A stretch of DNA of 40,000 bases from Veillonella dispar (GCF_900637515.1 NZ_LR134375.1:601952-641951); one strand, 5' to 3'; counted from the stretch's first letter, positions 17,249 through 26,277 are shown. A program made the numbers and translations. Notes: a model not told the origin generated them from the letters alone.

Positions 17249-19264
17249 ATGGCTACACTTTCTAACTATATAAGCCTCTCTACTAATATTCCTAATGCTA
17301 TGAACGCAGCCGCAAACGCAACAACTAAAGCCTATCAATCCATGAACACACTTCACAATAAGATGAACGGTGTATCGAACGCTAGTGAAACACTAAAGGC
17401 TAGCATGGGCGGTATCATGAACAGCTTCGCCGGTAACCTGTTGGCTAGTACCGTGATGAATGGCATTGGCGCTATAAAAGGCGCCATTGAATCGATTCAA
17501 GATACTGCTACAGAATGGGCACAGGTGCAAGCTCGCCTTAAATTGGTAGCCGGAAGCCAGGAAAATGCCATTTACCTAAATAAGCAGATATTTGAATCCG
17601 CACAGCGTGCAAGAGGTGGGTATTTGGAAATGGCAGACGCCGTAATCCAGGTATCTCAATCCGCACATGATGCGTTCCCGGACCCAAGAAAAGCCGTAGA
17701 ATTTATGGAGGGTATCCAAAAGGTATTCGCTATTGGCGGTGCATCGAAAGAAGCACAAAAGAACGCCATGCTTCAGTTGACACAAGGTCTAGCATCTGGT
17801 CAATTACAAGGTGACGAATTCAGGTCTATTGCTGAAAACGCGCCTATGATTGAAAACATCATTGCGAAATCTATGGGCGTATCTCGTGGCGAACTTAAGA
17901 AGCTGGCATCGGAAGGCAAGATTACCGCTGAAGTAATTAAAAACGCTATTATGAATAACTTGCCTGAGATTGAAAAGCAGTTTGAATCGCTTCCTAAAAC
18001 ATGGGGCGATCATATGCAGTCGATTAAGAATAAAGCTATTCGGGCGTTCGAACCTGTGTTCCAACGAATATCTGACCTTGCTAACAGCGAGGGTATCCGT
18101 GAGTTAGTGGACAACGTAACGGGAGCTATCCAAATGGTAGCACCGGTATTCTATTGGCTCGTAGGTGTTATCGGTGAAACGATTAATACTGCAGTATGGG
18201 CATTTAACACATTATCTAACTTTGTTAGACAGCACTCGTCTATCATGTATACAGCAATGATAATACTGGGCGGTGTAATGGCGTTTTATGCAATCCAGGC
18301 CGGTATAGCAGCCGGAAGAACGATTCTCGCTGCCGGTGCTATGGCGATTAAGGCCGTAGCAGACTGGGCTGAAACTGCTGCCCTTTTGGCAATGATTGTA
18401 GCTCAAGAAGGATTGAACGCCGCATTATATGCGTGTCCGTTAACATGGGTAATCGGCTTGATTGTTGCAGTTATAGTCATAATCTACTTAGCTGTAGAAG
18501 CTATTAACTATTTCTGTGATGCGAATATCAGCGTGCTGGGAATCGTAGTTGGTGCTTTTTGGGCGTTCGGTTCCGCTATTTTCAATGTGTTCGCATTGGG
18601 ATGGAACATTATCGCAGCATTTGTTAATTTCTTGGCCAACGTATTTAAAGACCCATTACATGCCGTCGCTAACTTGTTTATCGATATATGGAACGGTATT
18701 TGGCAATTCGTGAAAGCTAGAATTAACGACATCATAGATGCGATTAATAAAATCCCAGGCGTAAATATCGATAAGGTAGGCGGGTCTACTGGCGTATTAG
18801 AACGATTTGAGATTGCCGGCGGTGAAACCACTGTCATGGGCAAAATGGATTATTCTAGCGTTACAGGGGCTTTCGGGGAAGGCTATAACATTGGGGCTAA
18901 CCTTAGCCTTGGCGATTTGATGCCTAACATGCCTAACATTAAAACTCCTCAAGAGTTTGACGCTAGCAAAATTACTCCAGGCGCGGATCATGATGCGGCT
19001 GATAAGACTAAGAAAAACACAGGCAAGACTGCCAAGAACACAGGCAAGATTGCCAAGTCTATCGACATGACAAATGAGGAAATCAAGGCACTCCGTGAAA
19101 GCGCTATCAATAAATCGTTGAAGAAATGGCAAGATGCCAACGTGATTCACATTCAAATGAATAACGATGTGGAAATAAACAACGGTACTGATTTAGACGG
19201 CTTTACAAGTCAAATCTCGAAAGGCTTGAAAGACGCGTTCGCAATTCAAAGGGAGGGAATCTAA
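17249..19264 (+). CDS. Tail tape measure protein
   Basis: 671 aa. Helical N-terminus, hydrophobic Ala/Gly/Ile-rich central segment. Position after the chaperone pair. Confidence 0.85.
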   Translation: MATLSNYISLSTNIPNAMNAAANATTKAYQSMNTLHNKMNGVSNASETLKASMGGIMNSFAGNLLASTVMNGIGAIKGAIESIQDTATEWAQVQARLKLVAGSQENAIYLNKQIFESAQRARGGYLEMADAVIQVSQSAHDAFPDPRKAVEFMEGIQKVFAIGGASKEAQKNAMLQLTQGLASGQLQGDEFRSIAENAPMIENIIAKSMGVSRGELKKLASEGKITAEVIKNAIMNNLPEIEKQFESLPKTWGDHMQSIKNKAIRAFEPVFQRISDLANSEGIRELVDNVTGAIQMVAPVFYWLVGVIGETINTAVWAFNTLSNFVRQHSSIMYTAMIILGGVMAFYAIQAGIAAGRTILAAGAMAIKAVADWAETAALLAMIVAQEGLNAALYACPLTWVIGLIVAVIVIIYLAVEAINYFCDANISVLGIVVGAFWAFGSAIFNVFALGWNIIAAFVNFLANVFKDPLHAVANLFIDIWNGIWQFVKARINDIIDAINKIPGVNIDKVGGSTGVLERFEIAGGETTVMGKMDYSSVTGAFGEGYNIGANLSLGDLMPNMPNIKTPQEFDASKITPGADHDAADKTKKNTGKTAKNTGKIAKSIDMTNEEIKALRESAINKSLKKWQDANVIHIQMNNDVEINNGTDLDGFTSQISKGLKDAFAIQREGI

Positions 19265-19948
19265 ATGTATTACTTCTATATGGGGACGATGCAGATACCG
19301 ATTCCCCCTAAAGAATTAACCACTACTATCAACGGCAAGAACGAAACAATGGAGTTATTGGGGAAAGGCGAAGTTAACGTTATTAAGCCGGCAGGGCTTA
19401 CAGACCTTGCTTTCAAATTCTTATTGCCTAACTCCGATTATCCATTTAATGAGTCCTTGCTGTTTAAATCTAAGAAGGCTAAGTACTATATCGATGAACT
19501 CGAAAAGCTTAAGACTACAAAGACGATCTTCCAATTTATCGTGGTACGAATGAAACCAGGCGGACAGATGCTAGCCATGACTAACATGAAGTGTACGCTC
19601 GAAAACTACGTCATAGAAGAAGATGCGGACAATGGCTTTGACTCCTACGCTAGCGTTACTTTGAAGCAGTGGAAGCCTTGGGGTGCCAAACGCATCGAAG
19701 TAAAAACTGATAAGGACGGTACTGCAAAAGGTAGCGTTAAGTCGGATAGGCCTACAGACGGCAAGGTGGCCGCATCAACTGCTAAGGTATCCAAAGGGCA
19801 GACATTGCAGCAAATCGTTAAGAAGCAACTAGGTAATACGGATAACCTATTCCAAATCGCAGCACTTAACAAAATCGCTGTGCCTGCTATCTTGGGAGTT
19901 GGCCAAGTCGTCCAGCTTAAACGAGAGGGTAATAACGAATGGCTATAG
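19265..19948 (+). CDS. LysM-domain tail protein (XkdP-like)
   Basis: C-terminal LysM-like sequence VSKGQTLQQIVKKQLGNTDNLFQIAALNKIAVPAILGVGQVVQLK. Confidence 0.7.
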   Translation: MYYFYMGTMQIPIPPKELTTTINGKNETMELLGKGEVNVIKPAGLTDLAFKFLLPNSDYPFNESLLFKSKKAKYYIDELEKLKTTKTIFQFIVVRMKPGGQMLAMTNMKCTLENYVIEEDADNGFDSYASVTLKQWKPWGAKRIEVKTDKDGTAKGSVKSDRPTDGKVAASTAKVSKGQTLQQIVKKQLGNTDNLFQIAALNKIAVPAILGVGQVVQLKREGNNEWL

Positions 19949-21495
19949 ATGAAAAGAAAACAGTCGAAAAATCTCAAATCAAAGGCACTATCATTCCGTT
20001 ACCCATGCCGGTGCAACTACACTATGAGCTAACCATCAGAAACAAAAGCACTGGTGATTTATGGCTCATAGAACCTGAAGACGGCGTACAAATTACGAGA
20101 GCAGTTGACTGCGTTCCAAGTAAGATGACATTCAAAGTACCTAAAGACCCTAACCTCAATTTTGAAGAGGGTGATACTGTTAAGTTCACCCTAAACGGAG
20201 GAGCGGTGTTCTTTGGGTATGTCTTTGAGAAACAGCGTGACGGCAAGAACTCTATATCAGTAACTTGCTATGATCAGATACGCTATCTCAAGAATAAAGA
20301 TTGTTATGTTATCGGAGCTATGACTGCGACTGAGTTCATCAAAATGGTGGCAGAAGACTTTGGATTGAAATGTGGTTATATGGACGATACCGTATGGAAA
20401 ACTCCGGAGAAACCGCAAACCATATTCAAAGATAAGTCGTTGCAAGAAATGATATGCCAATTACTCGATAAAACGGCTATATACACGCCTAATCATGCGT
20501 TCTATCATTTGTACGATGATGCGGGTGAGTTACGGCTAGCATCGTTTGAGACTATGAAGACCGATATTTACATTGATGATGAGTGCATGGAAGACGTGCA
20601 GTACACAACTTCCATAGACAAGGAGACATACAACTATGTAAAAATCGTCCGTACAGTCCCGAACGGTGCATCAAGTAAATTGGAGAACACATTCATCGCC
20701 AAGGACGACAAGAACATCGAGAAATGGGGCAGATTACAGTATCTGCTCATTCCTAAAGAGAAGGACATCAACGCAGTAGCGCAAGCCAAGGCAATCATGG
20801 CTCACAAAAACAAAAAGAGCCGTGAGATTAAGTTAAAAAATGTCATTGGCGATGTGCGTGTGCGTGGTGGATCCTTGGTGTACATCAATCGAAACTTTGG
20901 CGATATGATTGTTAATAATTACATGATGGTATCATCTGTTACTCATACGTTTAAAACAGGATTTCACGGAATGGATTTAGATTTACGATACGTTGATAAT
21001 GATGCGGCTTATGAAGTTGCAAAAGACGAAGACGCAGAAGCAGTTAAGAAAATCGAAGCTGCTAAAAAGACCAAAAGCTCCGCAGTCGCTACTGGTGCAG
21101 GCGGTACAGCTGGCCAAGTTGACACAGCTTTCAGTTCTAATGATGGCCGAGTATCCCAATATGGTAAACAGGGTTGTGCGGACACAGTATGTGCTACTGG
21201 GTCTTGGTACAATTCAGATTTGAAAGATGAGTACAACAAAGGCACGGCAAGGGTTGATACACTTCGTCAAAATCTCGAGGCTAAAGGTTATACAACGGAA
21301 CAATTCAACGGATACGCTAATAAAGGCGACTTGTTGATTTATGGTGATGATGAGCACGTTGTTATTGCCGATGGTGCAGGCGGGTGCTTCGGTAACTCTT
21401 CGAGCCGAGGTTATGCTATGAAGTATGGCAACGCAAATTATGCATGGCATAATGACGAAGCGCCATCTAAGATTATTCGAATGGGGGCTAAATAA
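19939..21495 (+). CDS. XkdQ / gpD-like baseplate hub protein with C-terminal Cys-His peptidoglycan-hydrolase-like domain
   Basis: PBSX gene order. The C-terminal ~110 aa carry YGKQGCADTVC ... DLLIYGDDEHVVIADG, a Cys...His spacing typical of NlpC/P60-CHAP-type hydrolases. Confidence 0.6.
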   Translation: MAIDEKKTVEKSQIKGTIIPLPMPVQLHYELTIRNKSTGDLWLIEPEDGVQITRAVDCVPSKMTFKVPKDPNLNFEEGDTVKFTLNGGAVFFGYVFEKQRDGKNSISVTCYDQIRYLKNKDCYVIGAMTATEFIKMVAEDFGLKCGYMDDTVWKTPEKPQTIFKDKSLQEMICQLLDKTAIYTPNHAFYHLYDDAGELRLASFETMKTDIYIDDECMEDVQYTTSIDKETYNYVKIVRTVPNGASSKLENTFIAKDDKNIEKWGRLQYLLIPKEKDINAVAQAKAIMAHKNKKSREIKLKNVIGDVRVRGGSLVYINRNFGDMIVNNYMMVSSVTHTFKTGFHGMDLDLRYVDNDAAYEVAKDEDAEAVKKIEAAKKTKSSAVATGAGGTAGQVDTAFSSNDGRVSQYGKQGCADTVCATGSWYNSDLKDEYNKGTARVDTLRQNLEAKGYTTEQFNGYANKGDLLIYGDDEHVVIADGAGGCFGNSSSRGYAMKYGNANYAWHNDEAPSKIIRMGAK

Positions 21496-21908
21496 TGGAT
21501 AGCGAGTACATGAAAATCGTTAATACGATTAAAGAAATAGCGAGCACCGTCATATCAAACGGCGAGCCTATGGAAGTAATCGTCGGCGAAGTTGTCAGTA
21601 TATCACCGCTTGCTATTAAGATTGACCCTAAGTTAACAGTACCTGAAGAGAATATTATTCTTACCAAAAACACCTGCGAATGGACTATGGAGATGAGCGT
21701 TGATCATGTTACAGAAAACCGAGCAGGTGGCGGTGGTATGGCTGAATACGCAAGCCATAACCATGAGTACAAAGGGCGTAAGAAGTATCTTGTTCATAAC
21801 CAATTAGTGATGGGCGATAAGGTCATTATGCTGAAGGAAACCGGCGGACAGCGTTACATAGCGTTAGACCGATGGTATAACCCGAATAGGGGGTGCACGA
21901 CTAAGTAA
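21495..21908 (+). CDS. XkdR-like baseplate protein (DUF2577-like)
   Basis: Size and PBSX synteny. Confidence 0.5.
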   Translation: MDSEYMKIVNTIKEIASTVISNGEPMEVIVGEVVSISPLAIKIDPKLTVPEENIILTKNTCEWTMEMSVDHVTENRAGGGGMAEYASHNHEYKGRKKYLVHNQLVMGDKVIMLKETGGQRYIALDRWYNPNRGCTTK

Positions 21909-22339
21909 TGGCAGATAATTTACTATTACCAAAACAAAATAACGATGCCCTTATTCCTGATACAGTGAATTACATTGAACCGTCGCATACGTATGATGTT
22001 GATTTTAGAACGGACAGCCAAATTAGGGGCTATGCAGATAAGTTGCGAGCTATGGAGCAAGCAATTTATAAAATCATCAATACGGAGCGATACCAATATA
22101 TCATTTACAGTTGGAATTACGGCATCGAACTACAAGACTTATTCGGACAGCCAATTCCGTATGTGTACGCTGAGTTACAGCGACGCATAGAAGAGGCTTT
22201 ACTGAATGACGACAGAATAACTAAAGTATATAACTTTGATTTTAGCCACGAAGGTGGCGACGTCATGGTTGAGTTTGATGTAGATACCATCTATGGTACG
22301 CTACAAAAAATCAAGAAAGGGGTGAAAGGTATTGTATGA
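21908..22339 (+). CDS. XkdS-like / gpW-like baseplate wedge protein
   Basis: Size and PBSX synteny, directly upstream of the baseplate J gene. Confidence 0.5.
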   Translation: MADNLLLPKQNNDALIPDTVNYIEPSHTYDVDFRTDSQIRGYADKLRAMEQAIYKIINTERYQYIIYSWNYGIELQDLFGQPIPYVYAELQRRIEEALLNDDRITKVYNFDFSHEGGDVMVEFDVDTIYGTLQKIKKGVKGIV

Positions 22340-23411
22340 GCATATGACGGCCAATCGAATTGAAAAACGAATGCTCGATAGAGTTAAAGATGAATTCGAT
22401 CGGCGCGAAGGTAGTGTTATATACGATGCTACAGCTCCGGCAAGCGTTGAGTTTGCAGAACTATATATCCTAGCCGATGTGATTCTGAAACAAGCGTTTG
22501 CAACGACCGCAGACCGGGAATTCCTAATACTTCGTGCTGCGGAGTTTAATATTTACCCGGAACCTGCAACGCAAGGCGAATTTGAAGCTCAGTTCAATAT
22601 GGAAGTACCGATTGGCTCCAGGTTTAATTACAATGAATACAACTTTGTTGTAACAGAGGTAATCGACGACGCGGAACATAAGTACAAACTTAAATGCGAA
22701 CAGTACGGACGCACTCCTAATGCGACCACAGGTGATATTACGCCAATCCAAGGTATTAATGGCCTTACCTCTGCTAAGATATTGAAGAATATCACGCCTG
22801 GCGAAGATGAAGAAGACACAGAAGTATTCCGAAAACGGTACTTTGATGCTTTGAAATCAAAAGCCTATGGCGGTAATGGTGCGGATTACAAGGAAAAGGT
22901 ATTAGCTATCCCTGGCGTTGGCGGTGTTAAAGTATACCGCTGTTGGAATGGCGGTGGTACCGTTAAGCTAGTTGTATTGAATAGCGACTACAAGCCTGCA
23001 GCAGATGAACTGATTAAGGAAGTAGAGAACGTTATAGACCCAGCGCCAAAAGGCAAAGGGTACGGGCTTGCTCCTATCGGCCACACCGTAACAATCGAAA
23101 AGGCTGACCCGGTAACGATCAACTACCGAATTGAAGTCACCATGATGAGCGGGCACAACGTCAATGAAATCCAAACTCTTGCCGAGAACGCTATCAAGCA
23201 ACGACTACTTCTCCGCGCTAAGGAATGGTGTAATCAAGACGAGAAGGAACATGTTATTCTTCGGACTAGTCTTGTAACGGCTTTAATGGTTGAGCTTCCT
23301 AGTGTTCTTGACGTAGGTAGGATTACTATAAACGGTGCTTCTGTTTCAAAACTCGAATTGAAGGATAATCAAATCCCAGTAGTAGGGACGATTACTTTGG
23401 TGGCAGTATGA
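22332..23411 (+). CDS. Baseplate J-like protein (XkdT-like)
   Basis: 359 aa, called on synteny. The start is TTG 22332 (after GGGGTGA) or ATG 22344. Confidence 0.7.
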   Translation: MYEHMTANRIEKRMLDRVKDEFDRREGSVIYDATAPASVEFAELYILADVILKQAFATTADREFLILRAAEFNIYPEPATQGEFEAQFNMEVPIGSRFNYNEYNFVVTEVIDDAEHKYKLKCEQYGRTPNATTGDITPIQGINGLTSAKILKNITPGEDEEDTEVFRKRYFDALKSKAYGGNGADYKEKVLAIPGVGGVKVYRCWNGGGTVKLVVLNSDYKPAADELIKEVENVIDPAPKGKGYGLAPIGHTVTIEKADPVTINYRIEVTMMSGHNVNEIQTLAENAIKQRLLLRAKEWCNQDEKEHVILRTSLVTALMVELPSVLDVGRITINGASVSKLELKDNQIPVVGTITLVAV

Positions 23412-24040
23412 TTACAGACTTTGGGATTTTTAAACGGGATATTGATATCTCACAATTCGCCGTTCCGTTAACTCGAGATTCTCGGGATATCCAAGAAGTC
23501 TATCGAGTAGAATCTGCAGAACTACAACTGCTATGGGATATCATGCTAGATATCTTTAAAGAAGAATACATCTATACTGCAGCAGATTACGGGCTTGAAG
23601 CATGGGAACAAATATTAGGCATCAATCCTCCGGATTTGACAGACACAGAAGGACGCAGAAGTGAAATACTATCAGTATTAATCGGACAGCGTCCTTTTAC
23701 TATGCCAAAAGTGCAAGAAATGCTTAACTTCAAGTTTGGCAATCATGTAGTAAAGCACTCTGTTGTATCTGATAGATACGAGTACTGGCTAGATGTAGTC
23801 GATGGATTTGAATCACAGCTCAACAATATTGTCGATTATGTGGAGCCGTTAATACCTAAGAACTTAATCATCAAGACAAAAAGTACTACAAACATTAACG
23901 GCGAAATATATGTAGGCGCTATATCTGATGTATACGAGTCCTTCCATGTCGGAGCGGCATTAGATAAGTTTGATTTCAAAGTAGGCTCTGACATTAACAT
24001 AGGCATGAGCTTCGACGTATTAGAAACAATTAAAGTATAA
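23408..24040 (+). CDS. XkdU-like tail protein (DUF2313-like, gpI-like)
   Basis: Follows baseplate J with an overlapping stop. Called on size and synteny. Confidence 0.5.
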   Translation: MITDFGIFKRDIDISQFAVPLTRDSRDIQEVYRVESAELQLLWDIMLDIFKEEYIYTAADYGLEAWEQILGINPPDLTDTEGRRSEILSVLIGQRPFTMPKVQEMLNFKFGNHVVKHSVVSDRYEYWLDVVDGFESQLNNIVDYVEPLIPKNLIIKTKSTTNINGEIYVGAISDVYESFHVGAALDKFDFKVGSDINIGMSFDVLETIKV

Positions 24041-24049
24041 GGAGAACAC

Positions 24050-24955
24050 ATGGCTTCTATTTATCCAAATACACGATTAACCAATTATGGCCGTGAGTTA
24101 ATCGCAAGATCGCAAGCAACCGGCAAGAAGTTGCAATACATTAAGCTAGTTACTGGTGACGGTCAGCTTGATAATCAAAATATCGATACTATGACCTCTG
24201 TACTAGCCCCAAAATTAGAGTGCCCGTTCACTTCGGGCGGTGAATTCGTAGGCGACGGCCAATTTAGAATCGAATTTGCGGTTAGTAACAGCACAGTGAA
24301 TAGCGGGTTCTTCGCTAGAGAGTTAGGCGTATATGCTAACCTTGAGGGTGAATCTGATTCCGCTGCTAAACTAATTGCATATAGCAACGGCGGAAACTAT
24401 GCTTCCTATATTCCGTCTAAGGAAACACCGATTAATTCTAAAGTGTTTTCTTTAGATGTAGTAATCGGTAACTCTACGAATGTAACAGTTAAGAAGATTG
24501 ATGCGGCATACCTCACACGAGGGGCATTAGATTCTCATAACCGTGATACAAGCGCACACTCAAATATCACAGACCAAATTAAGGCGATTCTCGGAAGTGC
24601 GAACTGGAACGACTCCCCGGCCAGTACACTTGTTACAATTAAAAACTTATTAGGACAAGGCGCTATCGTGGCATCTAAGCTCGACGCTAATGCGGGGTTT
24701 GTAAAGTTCGCTAATGGTTTCACTATCCAGTGGGGAATAGGAGGGCAGGATAACGTGACCAAAAGTGAAGTAAGATTCCCAATCAAATTCACAACGCTAT
24801 TTATGGCCAACGCTATTGATGCATACTGGTCAGGTTCTGACACGCCTAGGTATTTCGCTAACTCCGTGTCGGAGAGCAACTCCACTAAAGCCGTATTTTC
24901 GGCAAGCGATAGATACGCTGCTTCTTATTACTGGTTTGCTCTAGGGATTATCTAG
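24050..24955 (+). CDS. Tail fibre protein: tail-collar-type N-terminus plus currently expressed C-terminal tip A
   Basis: AAGGAG RBS. The N-terminus TNYGRELIARSQATGKKLQYIKLVTGDGQ resembles the Mu S / P2 H tail-collar fibre domain. The variable tip starts after IQW (codons 226-228). Confidence 0.8.
   Translation: MASIYPNTRLTNYGRELIARSQATGKKLQYIKLVTGDGQLDNQNIDTMTSVLAPKLECPFTSGGEFVGDGQFRIEFAVSNSTVNSGFFARELGVYANLEGESDSAAKLIAYSNGGNYASYIPSKETPINSKVFSLDVVIGNSTNVTVKKIDAAYLTRGALDSHNRDTSAHSNITDQIKAILGSANWNDSPASTLVTIKNLLGQGAIVASKLDANAGFVKFANGFTIQWGIGGQDNVTKSEVRFPIKFTTLFMANAIDAYWSGSDTPRYFANSVSESNSTKAVFSASDRYAASYYWFALGII
24727..24734 (+). repeat. Putative recombination core A (CCAGTGGG) inside the fibre gene
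   Basis: Identical 8-mer in the same reading phase (cCAG TGG g = Gln-Trp) as cores B and C. Confidence 0.6.
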
Positions 24956-25185
24956 TTACCTATGATAATGAACATAATCTGATCACCAACGCCTTGCTGT
25001 CCTCTATAGTCACTATCCTTATATGTTAGCTGATTTCTAGAAGTCGATAAAATGATTTCAGAAAATGAATAATCACCGTTATATCTTGCGGTAGAAACGG
25101 CGATAGTCTTGTTACTGAACTCTACCGGGTAGCGCACAGTCCAAGGCTTAGGTTGATTATAGGCGTTAAATAATACCCACTGGAT
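24952..25185 (-). other. Silent tail-fibre C-terminal cassette C (no own start or RBS)
   Basis: The minus-strand frame is open from 25185 to the TAG (complement of 24952-24954). It reads IQWVLFNAYNQPKPWTVRYPVEFSNKTIAVSTARYNGDYSFSEIILSTSRNQLTYKDSDYRGQQGVGDQIMFIIIGN, paralogous in length and pattern to tip A. Confidence 0.7.
25176..25183 (-). repeat. Putative recombination core C (CCAGTGGG on minus strand)
   Basis: The plus strand reads CCCACTGG. The core is in frame with Gln-Trp at the head of cassette C. Confidence 0.6.
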
Positions 25186-25186
25186 A

Positions 25187-25429
25187 TTAATTCTTCCCTA
25201 CGGCCATCCAAACAAAACTACCTGTGTCCGCTCTGTCGGTTAAGAATCGGATGGTGTTTCTATTAGCTTGAGAGAACCCACTGTTCCAAGTAATAAAACA
25301 TTTTGCGCCGGAAGTATCAACACTAACAGAGTCATCGGTGGCTAATGCAATTAGCACAGTGCTGCTAATCGGTAGCGAAACATCTTTATAGTATCTATTA
25401 GAATCAAACCAAGTTATCCCCCACTGGGG
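25187..25429 (-). other. Silent tail-fibre C-terminal cassette B (no own start or RBS)
   Basis: The minus-strand frame runs from 25429 to the TAA (complement of 25187-25189). It reads PQWGITWFDSNRYYKDVSLPISSTVLIALATDDSVSVDTSGAKCFITWNSGFSQANRNTIRFLTDRADTGSFVWMAVGKN, paralogous to tips A and C. Confidence 0.7.
25420..25427 (-). repeat. Putative recombination core B (CCAGTGGG on minus strand)
   Basis: The plus strand reads CCCACTGG. It lies 4 nt from the recombinase stop codon and is in frame with Gln-Trp at the head of cassette B. Confidence 0.6.
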
Positions 25430-25431
25430 AG

Positions 25432-26277
25432 TTACTTTAATAATTCTATGGACTTGCGTAGCTCACGAATGGTCTTATGTGTGTATACCCTAGTAGTGAT
25501 ATCACCTTGTTTATGGCCTAGCAAGGAGCGTAATGCGTTAGGTGGCGCTACCGCATCAAGTAGACTTGCAAATGTGTGCCGGGTATCGTGGATAGTATGC
25601 TTGCAGTTAAGCTGTTTCATAATATTATGGAAATGCTTACGGAACGTTGTATAGCTGATAGTGAATAGGTAATCGCTAGTATGTAGTTGCTCTATTATAG
25701 GCATGATGCGGTGATGAATGGGAATGATACGACCTTCACCGGCTTTAGTTTTGGCGTGTCTTACGATAAGGTATGATGATCGTCTATTGATATCTTGCCT
25801 ACGTAAGTTAAGGAGCTCACCTATGCGTAGTCCGGTGTAGAGCAGTATTAAAATCATGCGGGAATAAGATGTATCTATTGCCCATAATTTGTTGATTTGT
25901 TGGCGAGTGAATACTCTTCTCTTAATCGTCGGTCTATTGGGCCCTAGATTTAGGTGCAGGGCGTAATTAGTGACAGAGTAATCTCTAATGATTGCGTAAT
26001 TGAATAATTGATTAAGTAATGTACGGACTTTCTTACAAGATGAGTAGGAAAGTCCTTTTACGCGCATGGAATCAATCACATTTTGAAGGTGCTGAAAATG
26101 AATATCCGTGATAGACATATCCGCTATGTTGGATATGTGTTTAAAAGCAATGTGATAAGACTTAACAGCGCTATTAGAAATAGTCTGAGAGTGAATAGGC
26201 AACCACTCGTTAAATAGTTGCCTTAATGTAATGGTATTGCGTTGTCTACGTTTTAGTATAACTGCGTAACGGCGCAT
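25432..26277 (-). CDS. Tyrosine site-specific recombinase (candidate fibre-tip invertase)
   Basis: GGAGGTG RBS. Catalytic residues occur in order: R (TGLRIGEL), K (HAKTKAGEG), HxxR (HDTRHTFAS), H (LLGHK), Y (TRVYTH). It is the only clearly coding minus-strand gene in the phage part of the window. Confidence 0.85.
   Translation of the reverse strand: MRRYAVILKRRQRNTITLRQLFNEWLPIHSQTISNSAVKSYHIAFKHISNIADMSITDIHFQHLQNVIDSMRVKGLSYSSCKKVRTLLNQLFNYAIIRDYSVTNYALHLNLGPNRPTIKRRVFTRQQINKLWAIDTSYSRMILILLYTGLRIGELLNLRRQDINRRSSYLIVRHAKTKAGEGRIIPIHHRIMPIIEQLHTSDYLFTISYTTFRKHFHNIMKQLNCKHTIHDTRHTFASLLDAVAPPNALRSLLGHKQGDITTRVYTHKTIRELRKSIELLK

Noticed and set aside
25277-25284. CCCACTGT, a 7/8 match to the core, inside cassette B
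   Set aside because: It is out of phase with the Gln-Trp frame, so a crossover would frameshift the fibre. It also has a mismatch in the core.
25432-26277. Reading the tyrosine recombinase as the prophage integrase
   Set aside because: It is 4 kb from the apparent att remnant, buried between the fibre and lysis genes, short for an arm-binding integrase, and directly abuts three inverted copies of an in-frame core at fibre-tip boundaries. This is not fully excluded, because the left prophage end is outside the window.
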